Shown here piece after piece: positions 9,742 to 17,530 of a DNA stretch of 64,000 nt (position 1 is its first letter; every line of letters begins with the position of its first letter). Origin of the DNA: Pyrinomonadaceae bacterium (GTDB lineage: Bacteria; Acidobacteriota; Blastocatellia; Pyrinomonadales; Pyrinomonadaceae); the NCBI GenBank assembly GCA_046160805.1, contig JBJXHF010000057.1, positions 43,432 through 107,431 of the forward strand, given 5' to 3'. Below the pieces are notes generated by a model. The model was not told the DNA's origin and made no database searches. It saw nothing but the letters and a program-made list of their open reading frames with translations. Both the position numbers and the translations under genes were made by a program.

Positions 9742-9825
9742 TTTTAACGCAGAGAACGCAAAGACCGCAGAGGAAGAAATTGATTTTAGCCTCCTCTGCG
9801 AACGTTACGATCTCTGCGTTAAAAA
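9742..9825. repeat. Family-2-like palindromic repeat (ACGCAGAGAACGCAAAGACCGCAGAGG arms)
   Basis: aacgcagaga...tctctgcgtt and cgcagagga...tcctctgcg form nested perfect stems. Each arm is built from tandem 8-9 nt words. The architecture matches the elements at 46816-46897 and 50438-50508. Confidence 0.85.
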
Positions 9826-10395
9826 CTATTTCTTACCTAAGATTTCGTCCCCGGAAAACTTCGTTGCGGCTTGAGCTTTTAGATTTTCTTCGGTAGCGCG
9901 AACGAGTTGAACATACTGCATTCGCAAATCGCCGAGAAGTCCGTCGAGCAAACGGCTTTCCTGCGGATGAAGATTGTTCTTTGTTTTTTCTTTTATCATA
10001 CCGAGGACATCGAGCCAATATTTGCCTGTTTCGAGATCGAGGCTTCGCTTGCCGGTTGCAGGATGTGGAACGGCACCAAGCGAAGCGGCAGCGTTAGTCG
10101 CCAAAGTCGAAAGAAAATTTACAAAACTCGCAGGATCATCGGCACCGGGAATTTCACTTTCTTCTGATAGGTTTTCCGGCTCTGTAGTTTCGCTGAGATC
10201 GTGCTCGTTCGCCTGAACTTGTTGTCTTGTTTGGTCCGTTGGTGATTCTTCTACCTGCGCAGCCTCAAGCACTACACCTTCTTTTACCGATCCATCCGAG
10301 TTGAACTTCCGTCTATCTGCGACTTTAAAACTTACCTCGTCCTGATTTTCGTCGTTACCAATCATATTTCTGAAATCCTGTCTCGATAGTAGCAT
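9826..10395 (-). CDS. DUF1844 domain protein
   Basis: The C-terminal half FVNFLSTLATNAAASLG...TGKRSLDLETGKYWLDVLGMIKEKTKNNL...LLGDLRMQY matches the DUF1844 pattern. The start is uncertain: the ORF extends to 10434 but would then overlap the divergent mazG, and Met codons at 10395 and 10365 are alternatives. Confidence 0.7.
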   Translation of the reverse strand: MLLSRQDFRNMIGNDENQDEVSFKVADRRKFNSDGSVKEGVVLEAAQVEESPTDQTRQQVQANEHDLSETTEPENLSEESEIPGADDPASFVNFLSTLATNAAASLGAVPHPATGKRSLDLETGKYWLDVLGMIKEKTKNNLHPQESRLLDGLLGDLRMQYVQLVRATEENLKAQAATKFSGDEILGKK

Positions 10396-10426
10396 TTTGA
10401 CGAAAAAGAATTCAAAATCTTCTCTT

Positions 10427-11242
10427 ATGTCCAAATCTTTTGACGAATTAGTTGCTGTAATGGCCAGGCTTCGCGCGCCTGGCGGCTGTCCATGGGATCA
10501 TGAGCAGACTTATGCCTCGCTTGCCCAGTACATGCTTGAAGAAGCTTATGAGACATTCGATGCAATACAAGAGGCCGATCAGACCAGCGACACAACTAAT
10601 TTGAAAGAGGAGCTTGGCGATCTGCTGTTACAAGTTGTGTTTCATTCGACGATCGGTACCGAAAGAGGTGATTTTACGATTGATGAGGTTGCCGACGGAG
10701 TGACGCAAAAGCTAATACTTAGGCACCCACATGTCTTTGGCGACAAGAAATTGTCCCGCGCTCAGGATGTCCTCGATAACTGGGATCAACTCAAGTCCGA
10801 CGAGCGAAAAGCGTCAGGGAAAGCAGAGAAAAATCACGAATCGATCCTGGATGATGTGCCCGTCCATTTCCCCGCATTGCTCGAAGGACTGAAGCTTACA
10901 AAAAAGGCAGCAAAAGTTGGTTTTGATTGGGAAAACGCGGATCAGATCTTTGATAAGTTTGATGAAGAGTTAAACGAATTGAAAGCTGCGATCAAGACCG
11001 GAAAAATCGAAGACGCCGCAGAAGAAATAGGCGACTTGCTTTTTGTAGTAATGAATCTCGCACGCCATTTGGATGTCGAGCCGGAAACCGCTCTCAAGAA
11101 AACAAACCGCAAATTCCGCCAACGATTCAAATTTATTGAGGACGAGCTAAAAAAGAACGGCGCGACGCTTGAATCGGCCAGCCTTGATGAAATGGATGCA
11201 TTGTGGAATAAAGCGAAGGAGACAGCCGGTTTCGCCGTGTGA
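10427..11242 (+). CDS. mazG: nucleoside triphosphate pyrophosphohydrolase MazG
   Basis: Tandem MazG domains: LRAPGGCPWDHEQT, EEAYE...ELGDLLLQV, then a second EE..ELGDLLF-like repeat (EEIGDLLFVVMNLARH). The ATG at 10427 is preferred over the TTG at 10397. Confidence 0.9.
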   Translation: MSKSFDELVAVMARLRAPGGCPWDHEQTYASLAQYMLEEAYETFDAIQEADQTSDTTNLKEELGDLLLQVVFHSTIGTERGDFTIDEVADGVTQKLILRHPHVFGDKKLSRAQDVLDNWDQLKSDERKASGKAEKNHESILDDVPVHFPALLEGLKLTKKAAKVGFDWENADQIFDKFDEELNELKAAIKTGKIEDAAEEIGDLLFVVMNLARHLDVEPETALKKTNRKFRQRFKFIEDELKKNGATLESASLDEMDALWNKAKETAGFAV

Positions 11243-11281
11243 AATTCTTGATTCGTTTCACACCGCAGAATAGAAACTAGA

Positions 11282-11608
11282 TCATTCGGCAAATAGTTCC
11301 TGCAAGCGGTCGAGAGTTTCTTTTTGAATGGATTTCTCGATCTCGCCGATTTTTTTTACCAATCTTGCTTTATCGACGGCTCGGATCTGATCGAGGATAA
11401 TCGCGCGTTCGTTGTTAAGGAAGTTGACAGTTATCCGCGTGGGATAGTTGCGCTCGACTGATGAAAGCGGTGCAATAATTACGCTCGAAATGTTGTGATT
11501 CACTTCATCGGGAGAAATGACGACGCACGGACGCGTATTTTTTGCATCCTTCGACGGCGCGGCGTCGAGATTTACAAGGTAAACTTCAAACCTGTTTACC
11601 ATTGCCAT
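11282..11608 (-). CDS. mazF: type II toxin, PemK/MazF family endoribonuclease
   Basis: 108 aa. VYLVNLD....K.TRPCVVISPDEVN....VIIAPLSS is the MazF/PemK signature. It overlaps the upstream antitoxin gene by 13 nt. Confidence 0.88.
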   Translation of the reverse strand: MAMVNRFEVYLVNLDAAPSKDAKNTRPCVVISPDEVNHNISSVIIAPLSSVERNYPTRITVNFLNNERAIILDQIRAVDKARLVKKIGEIEKSIQKETLDRLQELFAE

Positions 11609-11844
11609 TCCTTTTTATCGAAGTCGGTTGATGAATTGCCGCTGGCTAATTCGTCGTCCTCATTTTCGGCCATCGATTTGAATGCCTCATTCCAGCCGTG
11701 ACGCGGCTTTTGCGTGTTGCGGATAAGAATGCCGTCGGGGTGAAGCTCCAGATCGACCTCTCCGGTGATGCGGCTGTCCTCTAGCAAGACTTTGGGTATG
11801 CGAATTCCCTGCGAATTGCCGATCTGAATGATCTGAGCTTTCAT
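11596..11844 (-). CDS. mazE: type II antitoxin, AbrB/MazE/SpoVT family
   Basis: MKAQIIQIGNSQGIRIPKVLLEDS is a SpoVT/AbrB looped-hinge motif, followed by an acidic C-terminal tail. The start is taken at Met8 of the 89-aa ORF. Confidence 0.85.
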   Translation of the reverse strand: MKAQIIQIGNSQGIRIPKVLLEDSRITGEVDLELHPDGILIRNTQKPRHGWNEAFKSMAENEDDELASGNSSTDFDKKEWQW

Positions 11845-11875
11845 AATTACATCGTAATTACGCAACCAGGTTTCG

Positions 11876-13159
11876 TCAACCGATCTTGGTCATCCCGTTC
11901 ATATAGGGATGCAGAATTTCAGGGATTTGAATGGAGCCGTCTGCTTGCTGATAGTTTTCGAGAATTGCGATCCATGTGCGGCCGACAGCTAGTCCGCTGC
12001 CGTTGAGCGTGTGGACAAATTCGGGTTTTGCTCCACCGGCTCGGCGGAAGCGCGTGTTCATTCGCCTTGCCTGAAAGTCGCCGCAGTTTGAACAGCTTGA
12101 GATCTCGCGGTAAGTCTGCTGGCTCGGCAGCCAGACTTCGATGTCGTATGTCTTTTTTGCACCGAAACCCATATCGCCTGTGGAGAGAACGACGGTGCGG
12201 TATGGCAACTCAAGTAGCTGCAAGATGCGTTCGGCATTTGCTGTCAGACTCTCGTGTTCTTTTTCGGAGTTTTCGGGCGGGCAGAGCTTTACCAACTCGA
12301 CCTTTTCAAACTGGTGCTGGCGAATAAGCCCGCGCGTGTCTTTTCCATAACTTCCCGCTTCGCTGCGGAAGCAAGGCGTGTAAGCGGTGTAATTCAGCGG
12401 CAGGTCTTTGGCGTCGAGAATCTCCTCGGCGTGATAATTGGTGACCGGAACCTCTGCGGTCGGGATCAAGGCAAATTGCCGATCATCCTTTATGTGAAAC
12501 AAGTCTTCCTCGAATTTTGGAAGTTGATTTGTGCCGAAGAGAGCCGTGCGGTTGACCAGAAATGGCGGCAGCGTTTCGGTATAGCCATGCTCTGACGTAT
12601 GTATCTCAAGCATGAAGTTGACCAAAGCGCGGCTCAGTCGTGCTCCGGCGCCGTTTAGAATCGCAAAACGTGAACCGGCGATCTTTGTTGCCCGCTCGAA
12701 ATCAAGAATGCCGAGAGCTTCGCCCAAATCGACGTGATCTTTTGGCTCGAAATCAAATTTGCGCGGCTCGCCCCAACGCCTGATTTCCTTGTTTGCAGAT
12801 TCGTCAGGACCGACCGGAACGTCGTCAGCCGGAATATTCGGAAGGCCGGCGAGCAGCTCACGCATATCGGTTTCGACAGTATCTCGCTCTTCTTCAAGGT
12901 CGGATTGTTGGTCCTTAAGTCCAGCCACCTCCAACTTTTTCGCTTCGGCTTCTTCGCTTTTGCCGGCCTGCATCAATGCTCCGATCTCTTTGCTGGCGGC
13001 ATTGCGTTCTTGATTGGTTAGGTCGGCCTCACCGATCACTCTCCTCCGATATGCGTCAAGCTCGACAAATTTATCAAGTGACTCGGGCGGAAAATTGCGA
13101 TTCGCCAAAGCTTGGCGAACCGCATCTAAATTCTCTCTTACAAAATTGAGGTCGAGCAT
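11876..13159 (-). CDS. serS: serine--tRNA ligase
   Basis: 427 aa. N-terminal coiled-coil arm and class II core ([16 protein letters not shown]). Confidence 0.95.
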   Translation of the reverse strand: MLDLNFVRENLDAVRQALANRNFPPESLDKFVELDAYRRRVIGEADLTNQERNAASKEIGALMQAGKSEEAEAKKLEVAGLKDQQSDLEEERDTVETDMRELLAGLPNIPADDVPVGPDESANKEIRRWGEPRKFDFEPKDHVDLGEALGILDFERATKIAGSRFAILNGAGARLSRALVNFMLEIHTSEHGYTETLPPFLVNRTALFGTNQLPKFEEDLFHIKDDRQFALIPTAEVPVTNYHAEEILDAKDLPLNYTAYTPCFRSEAGSYGKDTRGLIRQHQFEKVELVKLCPPENSEKEHESLTANAERILQLLELPYRTVVLSTGDMGFGAKKTYDIEVWLPSQQTYREISSCSNCGDFQARRMNTRFRRAGGAKPEFVHTLNGSGLAVGRTWIAILENYQQADGSIQIPEILHPYMNGMTKIG

Positions 13160-13241
13160 ATTTTGACCTAAAATCAGATAACGGGCAGAAACGCGACTGT
13201 TAAGGAGCGTGCGGTCGGCCTAGCGTTCTTCTACGCCATCT

Positions 13242-13271
13242 GCACGCTCGTTCACACTCGCGTTTCCGCCC
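13242..13271. repeat. solo arm of the long-hairpin repeat seen at 33754-33829
   Basis: gcacgctcgttcacactcgcgtttccgccc is near-identical to the right arm at 33800-33829 (gcacgctcgtttacactcgcgtttccgccc). No intact left arm is adjacent. Confidence 0.8.
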
Positions 13272-13298
13272 GTTTGGTTGAATTTAGCAAAATTGGTT

Positions 13299-14174
13299 AT
13301 GGCAAACAAAATTCGCAAGGCTGTTTTCCCGGCTGCGGGGCTTGGGACAAGGTTTCTTCCGGCGACAAAATCCTCGCCGAAGGAAATGCTGCCGCTCGTC
13401 GATAAACCCCTGATCCAATACGTAGTCGAGGAAGCGGTCGCAAGCGGCATCGAGTCCATCCTGATAATCACAGGCCGCGACAAGACTTCGATCGAGGATC
13501 ATTTCGACATCTCGTTCGAGCTTGAGCACATGCTGAAGGAACGCGGCAAGCAGGACCAGTTCAAAGAAGTTCGGGCGATTTCGGACATAGCCCACATCAG
13601 TTACACGCGGCAAAAACAGGCTCTCGGCCTTGGCCACGCGATCTACCAGGGAAAGGATTTCGTCGGCAACGAGCCGTTTGCGGCGCTGCTGGCGGACGAC
13701 ATAGTCGACGCCGAAAAACCTGCCTTGCAGCAAATGGTCGAGGTATATGAAAAATACGAAGCACCTGTAATCGCGACCATGCAGGTCGAAGGCGAAGACA
13801 TCTCACGCTTCGGAGTGATCGACGCCGAAGAGGTCGAACCGAACGTTTACAAGATCAAAGACATGGTCGAAAAGCCGCCCTTCGCCGAAGCCCCTTCCGA
13901 CCTCGCCATCATCGGAAGGTATATTTTCACGCCCGACATCTTTGCCGCCATCGAGCAAACCAAACCCGGCGCCGGCGGTGAGATCCAGATCACCGACGCC
14001 ATGCGCCTGCTGCTAAAGGAACGCCCCTTCTACGCCGTCAAACTCGAAGGAAAACGCCACGACGCCGGCGACAAACTCGGCTTCCTAATAGCCACCGTCG
14101 AACTAGCCCTAAAACGCCAAGACCTCGGCGACGATTTTCGCACTTATCTGAAAAGTCTCGATCTGGGCGGCTAG
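13299..14174 (+). CDS. galU: UTP--glucose-1-phosphate uridylyltransferase
   Basis: KAVFPAAGLGTRFLPATK...PKEMLP...VEKP motifs. The ATG at 13299 is preferred over the TTG at 13278. Confidence 0.93.
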   Translation: MANKIRKAVFPAAGLGTRFLPATKSSPKEMLPLVDKPLIQYVVEEAVASGIESILIITGRDKTSIEDHFDISFELEHMLKERGKQDQFKEVRAISDIAHISYTRQKQALGLGHAIYQGKDFVGNEPFAALLADDIVDAEKPALQQMVEVYEKYEAPVIATMQVEGEDISRFGVIDAEEVEPNVYKIKDMVEKPPFAEAPSDLAIIGRYIFTPDIFAAIEQTKPGAGGEIQITDAMRLLLKERPFYAVKLEGKRHDAGDKLGFLIATVELALKRQDLGDDFRTYLKSLDLGG

Positions 14175-14195
14175 CATCATTTGCTAGCGTCTCAC

Positions 14196-14286
14196 GTATG
14201 ACCAAATCGCAATCGGTATGACCCAACGGTGCGTCGGTATGACCAAAAACATACCTCGTATGACCCAGTGGGTTCAGTATATGACC
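14196..14286 (+). repeat. array of five phased direct repeats (G)TATGACC
   Basis: TATGACC occurs at 14197, 14217, 14238, 14259 and 14280, giving spacings of 20, 21, 21 and 21 bp. Four of the five copies are preceded by G (GTATGACC). An inverted 7-mer GTCATAC lies at 14486-14492, abutting the -35 of the downstream small gene. Confidence 0.9.
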
Positions 14287-14349
14287 GCCTGCTCGGCAGA
14301 AACTGTCTAAAACCACACTTCGCACCGCAGATCGCAATTCGCACAAGTC

Positions 14350-14380
14350 GGGCGCTTCGCTTCTCGCCCTTTTTGTTTTT
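14350..14380 (+). terminator. possible weak intrinsic terminator
   Basis: GGGCG-N10-CGCCC followed by TTTTTGTTTTT. The stem is short and the loop long, so this is marginal. Confidence 0.3.
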
Positions 14381-14381
14381 C

Positions 14382-14440
14382 TTTGCGGCCTTTGCTTCTT
14401 TGCGTGAAACTTTCTCCCGCAAAGACGCAAAGGTTGCCAA
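14382..14440. repeat. Family-2-like palindromic repeat (CGCAAAGACGCAAAGG words)
   Basis: ttgcggcctttgcttctttgcg / cgcaaagacgcaaaggttgccaa form an imperfect inverted repeat around a 12-nt loop. Confidence 0.75.
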
Positions 14441-14527
14441 GAGGAAGAGAAAACTTGCCAAATACGACGTCATTCTCGTGAGTGTGTCATACTTGATACA
14501 GCAACTTATTTCTGCTATCCTCGAACA

Positions 14528-14926
14528 ATGGCAAGACGATGGGAAGAATTTGTCGATCCGGGGACGTCACGGATCGCTGAGCTGCATGTTTCGATGGCAC
14601 CGAAGGGTATGGTCATAGTGAGCCACAAGGCCTACGAAGCGCTCGGGGAACCGGGTCATATCGTCCTGCTTTGGGAAAGCGAGACGGACACTATCGGGCT
14701 AAGGCCCGTGCCGCCGCGCACGACCAACGCCTTTCGGCTCTACCCGTCGAAGCGCGCCGGAGCCTACCGCTTTCACGCGCTGCGTTTCTTGCGAAAGCAC
14801 GACATCCGCCTCGAATACACCGTCCGCTTCCCAACCGCAACCATCGAAGACGGCGTCCTCCTCCTCGAACTCCCATACCGCGTCCGCGCCGGCCACGGAA
14901 TCCCACGAGCCGCCAGACGGAAATAA
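14528..14926 (+). CDS. small AbrB/SpoVT-like hypothetical protein, paralog A
   Basis: 132 aa. About 30% identical over its length to the ORF at 41028-41468; shared blocks are W.E, A.L.V.M..KG.I..S.K....LGEP..V.LL, IGL+P..P.T.NAF and DG.L.L.L. Putative promoter: TTGATA (14493-14498), 17 nt, TATCCT. No obvious SD. Confidence 0.6.
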   Translation: MARRWEEFVDPGTSRIAELHVSMAPKGMVIVSHKAYEALGEPGHIVLLWESETDTIGLRPVPPRTTNAFRLYPSKRAGAYRFHALRFLRKHDIRLEYTVRFPTATIEDGVLLLELPYRVRAGHGIPRAARRK

Positions 14927-15256
14927 TGGCCCCTGCCTCCCAACTGCCCAACGGGTTTCCGTTGCTCGGCAGTTAGGGCGCCATCAAGGCGTTTGACCTA
15001 ATGAAGTCGGAAAACACCGCCCGAGGGCAAACACCGCATCCATCGCATCACATTTGAAACAGGCGTGAAGGTGACCGCGAACTTTTCTCTCGACCCGCAA
15101 GACAAGATCTCGGGTGCCGGATTCAGACCAGAGTAGCGGGACGGAAAAGGCTGCCGTAATTTAAATTGCCGAATCACACTGTGACTTCAATCTCGATCCC
15201 GCAACCAAGTAGGATCGCAGATTGCACGATGTTTTTGAAACTCGAATGTTCCTCGC

Positions 15257-16222
15257 TCAACTTGTTGCTTCCCACCGAACATTCCATTTGTCACTTATAT
15301 AGTTGTTGTTCAAATCTCTCGCCTGTGGAAGTCTAAAGTCATTTTCCTGCCAGAATTTTGGAATCGGATGGAATTGAGCCTTTACTACGTCGAAACTAAC
15401 ATCTCGACTATTTCGTTCGATAAAAAAATGTTCGGAGCGTCGTAATCCGGTTACCCAATCAAACACTCTAGTGCTCCACTGGTTATTTATTTGGAACCTA
15501 GCGTAGAAAAGCCGAGATTGGATGCCGATCGCATTGAGGGGAAGATCATTATCTTTTCGCTCAGCCTCATACAGCACTACCCGATCAACGTTATTTTCGA
15601 CTCTTTTCTTAATTGCTGCGGCTACCGTCTCAACCTCCTCCGCAAGTTTGAATAAATCGTAGTAGGCCTGAGCAGTACTTGTATGATGAGGCTGAGCCGT
15701 CGTGTCGGAAATTCTGCGGATGTAATTTGAATGTTTTTCTAACAGTTTGGACTTAGGTCCAAATGGCTGAAACAACGCGAGCGACAATCCGTTACTAACC
15801 GCCGATCCTACCAGTTCCGCCAGGTGAGGAATGGCAGAGAACTGTGGGCTGTTGTCCCGAAAGTCGATACAAAGAAGGGCATGCTCAGCGGATTCTAACA
15901 TGACGAAAAAATCCTCGATCGGCTTTAGTGCATCGCCGGGCGCCCGCGGCGTTGTTTTAGCGCTTCGCGTTTCTTCCTGAGCTCGTTCCAAACTCCCACG
16001 AATTTCGTTAGCGAAAGACTCGTCCAGATCTTTGAGAACTAGTGTGATCTTGTCAATAACTTCGTCGGATAAGCCCGAACGGCCGTTGCGCATTCGACTG
16101 AGATATGCGCCTGAAATTCCAAATTTATTGGCTAACGAACCGGAGGTTACGACATCGCTTGATTCAGCTCTTTCGACGAAAAAACCAAGGATTCTTAAAT
16201 AAACTTGCTCAAACGGAGACAT
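15257..16222 (-). CDS. HTH (XRE-like) domain protein with uncharacterised C-terminal domain
   Basis: The start is taken at the Met preceded by AGGA (ttAGGAtatATG). SLANKFGISGAYLSRMRNGRSGLSDEVIDKI is a helix-turn-helix. The remaining roughly 250 aa has no motif I recognise. The gene is low in GC. Confidence 0.65.
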   Translation of the reverse strand: MSPFEQVYLRILGFFVERAESSDVVTSGSLANKFGISGAYLSRMRNGRSGLSDEVIDKITLVLKDLDESFANEIRGSLERAQEETRSAKTTPRAPGDALKPIEDFFVMLESAEHALLCIDFRDNSPQFSAIPHLAELVGSAVSNGLSLALFQPFGPKSKLLEKHSNYIRRISDTTAQPHHTSTAQAYYDLFKLAEEVETVAAAIKKRVENNVDRVVLYEAERKDNDLPLNAIGIQSRLFYARFQINNQWSTRVFDWVTGLRRSEHFFIERNSRDVSFDVVKAQFHPIPKFWQENDFRLPQARDLNNNYISDKWNVRWEATS

Positions 16223-16325
16223 ATATCCTAATCCCTTTCCTAAGTTTCTAGAACCTAAGGTCAATGCTATCACTAGATAGGAACACTTGCAATTGCAGTA
16301 GCATATTTTAACCCATGAAAAGACA

Positions 16326-16402
16326 GTTTACCTAATAAATAGACAATTACCTTAATTAAGGTATTACTTGACAAGAATTTTATAATGAGGTAAAAAGGTA
16401 AA
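16326..16402. promoter_or_regulatory. divergent control region with perfect 16-bp palindrome and AGGTA(A/T) repeats
   Basis: TACCTTAATTAAGGTA at 16348-16363 is a perfect palindrome. AGGTAAA-type words lie at 16326-16332 (inverted), 16388-16394 and 16396-16402. A consensus TTGACA (16368-16373) and TATAAT (16381-16386) are present but only 7 nt apart. Confidence 0.5.
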
Positions 16403-16534
16403 TGCGCATTGATCTTTGATAACGGAACGGGGGCGGCAACTACATAGATTGGAAAGCCTTGCCGACAACTCGCGGAAATTTCACCACGAGAACTTTAAGT
16501 TTGGGCGTACTTTTAGCGCCCGAGGGGGAAGAAA

Positions 16535-16873
16535 ATGCAGATACTAAGAAATTTAATGGTTGCTGTGCTTGGACTTGCTCTTGCTCAAGGTGCTCTTGCT
16601 CAGAACTTCCAAGCCTACAGCCAGCCTCAGGTTGGTCCCTATGCGCAGCCGTGCGTACAACCAAGACCGTCACGTCTTTTGGGTCTGTTTCGAATTTTAA
16701 ACTCGATAACATCCAGCGGCTTGGCGCTTTCGAACTCGCAGCGAACGACGAGGCGCTTGTTATGGGCGCAGGGCGTCATTACAACATCACAGACAATAAA
16801 GGAAGTGCAAGTGGACCAAGCGAACTACTCGCGTGCTCTTGCTTGCTATAACTCAGCTTTCCGAAATTATTAG
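16535..16873 (+). CDS. small secreted hypothetical protein (reading frame downstream of the signal peptide uncertain)
   Basis: Strong SD (GGGGGAAG) 5 nt upstream of the ATG. Clear signal peptide MQILRNLMVAVLGLALAQGALA-QN. After about codon 45 the codon usage looks poorer than in the overlapping frame (see finding at 16651-16851). Confidence 0.5.
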   Translation: MQILRNLMVAVLGLALAQGALAQNFQAYSQPQVGPYAQPCVQPRPSRLLGLFRILNSITSSGLALSNSQRTTRRLLWAQGVITTSQTIKEVQVDQANYSRALACYNSAFRNY

Positions 16874-16891
16874 TCAGTAAAGGAGTGAAAA

Positions 16892-17296
16892 ATGATTGAA
16901 AAAAGTTTAAATAAAAGAGCTTGGCTCTTTATCTTAGCCCTATTCTTTTTTTACGGCGTACAAACGACGTATTCACAACAACGAAAGCCGTGTGACGGTC
17001 TAAGTGGTTCCCAGCGCAGAAGCTGTCTTGAAAGAGAACTTGCACGCTCAACCGCTGAGGCCAATCGGGCTACCCAGCGATTGGATTGGCTCAATCGAAT
17101 TATGCATCGAACTTGCCAGACATACGAGGTATTGGACCAGACTGCCGATCTCGCAAGTGCGCAAGGCCGAACGATGCATATTCAGGCTGCCGGAGTTACA
17201 TGGACGACGCTTCGCGCGCTGCTGTCTGCCGTTACTCGTGAAAGACAGAAGTGTGAAAGTGCACGTCGCGATTTTGAAAGCGCGCGGCGGCGATGA
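16892..17296 (+). CDS. small secreted/lipoprotein-like hypothetical protein (possibly DUF1311/LprI-like)
   Basis: SD AAAGGAG lies 7 nt upstream. Signal-like WLFILALFFFYGVQT. The mature part has C..(11)..C.ERELA....AN.A.Q.L, resembling the DUF1311 Cys-pair helix. Confidence 0.55.
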   Translation: MIEKSLNKRAWLFILALFFFYGVQTTYSQQRKPCDGLSGSQRRSCLERELARSTAEANRATQRLDWLNRIMHRTCQTYEVLDQTADLASAQGRTMHIQAAGVTWTTLRALLSAVTRERQKCESARRDFESARRR

Positions 17297-17377
17297 GGGA
17301 CGATTTCGCTTGTTGCCCGCTTACGGTATCAGAGTCAAACTCCAGGCATGAGCGTGGAATAAGTTGATACAAAATCG

Positions 17378-17530
17378 AAGTCCGCTTTGCGGGCGACAGA
17401 CCAACGGTAAAACATTAATTTGTAAGTGCCTACAGACTCTGTCGCCTGCAACGCGGGCTTAATTATTATCGGGCGCCGACTACACGCTCACGCGTGTAGC
17501 TTTACTTTTTCGTCCGCAATGCGGACTTTT
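17378..17530. repeat. composite hairpin-repeat cluster (modules shared with 40681-40895)
   Basis: Module TTGCGGGCGACAGA-N40-CTCTGTCGCCTGCAA is in the same orientation as at 40757-40820. Module CTACACGCTCACGCGTGTAGCTTTACTTTTTCGTCCGCAATGCGGACTT is the reverse complement of 40681-40729. Confidence 0.85.

Noticed and set aside
14671-14976. Pro/Arg-rich ORFs overlapping the AbrB-like paralog A (14671-14976 plus strand, 14691-14951 minus strand)
   Set aside because: These are low-complexity frames of a GC-rich stretch. The 14528 frame is supported by homology to the 41028 paralog.
16368-16386. Perfect TTGACA and TATAAT hexamers as a consensus promoter for the secreted-protein genes
   Set aside because: The two hexamers are separated by only 7 nt, so they cannot function together as a sigma70 -35/-10 pair. 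They are reported only as part of the control region.
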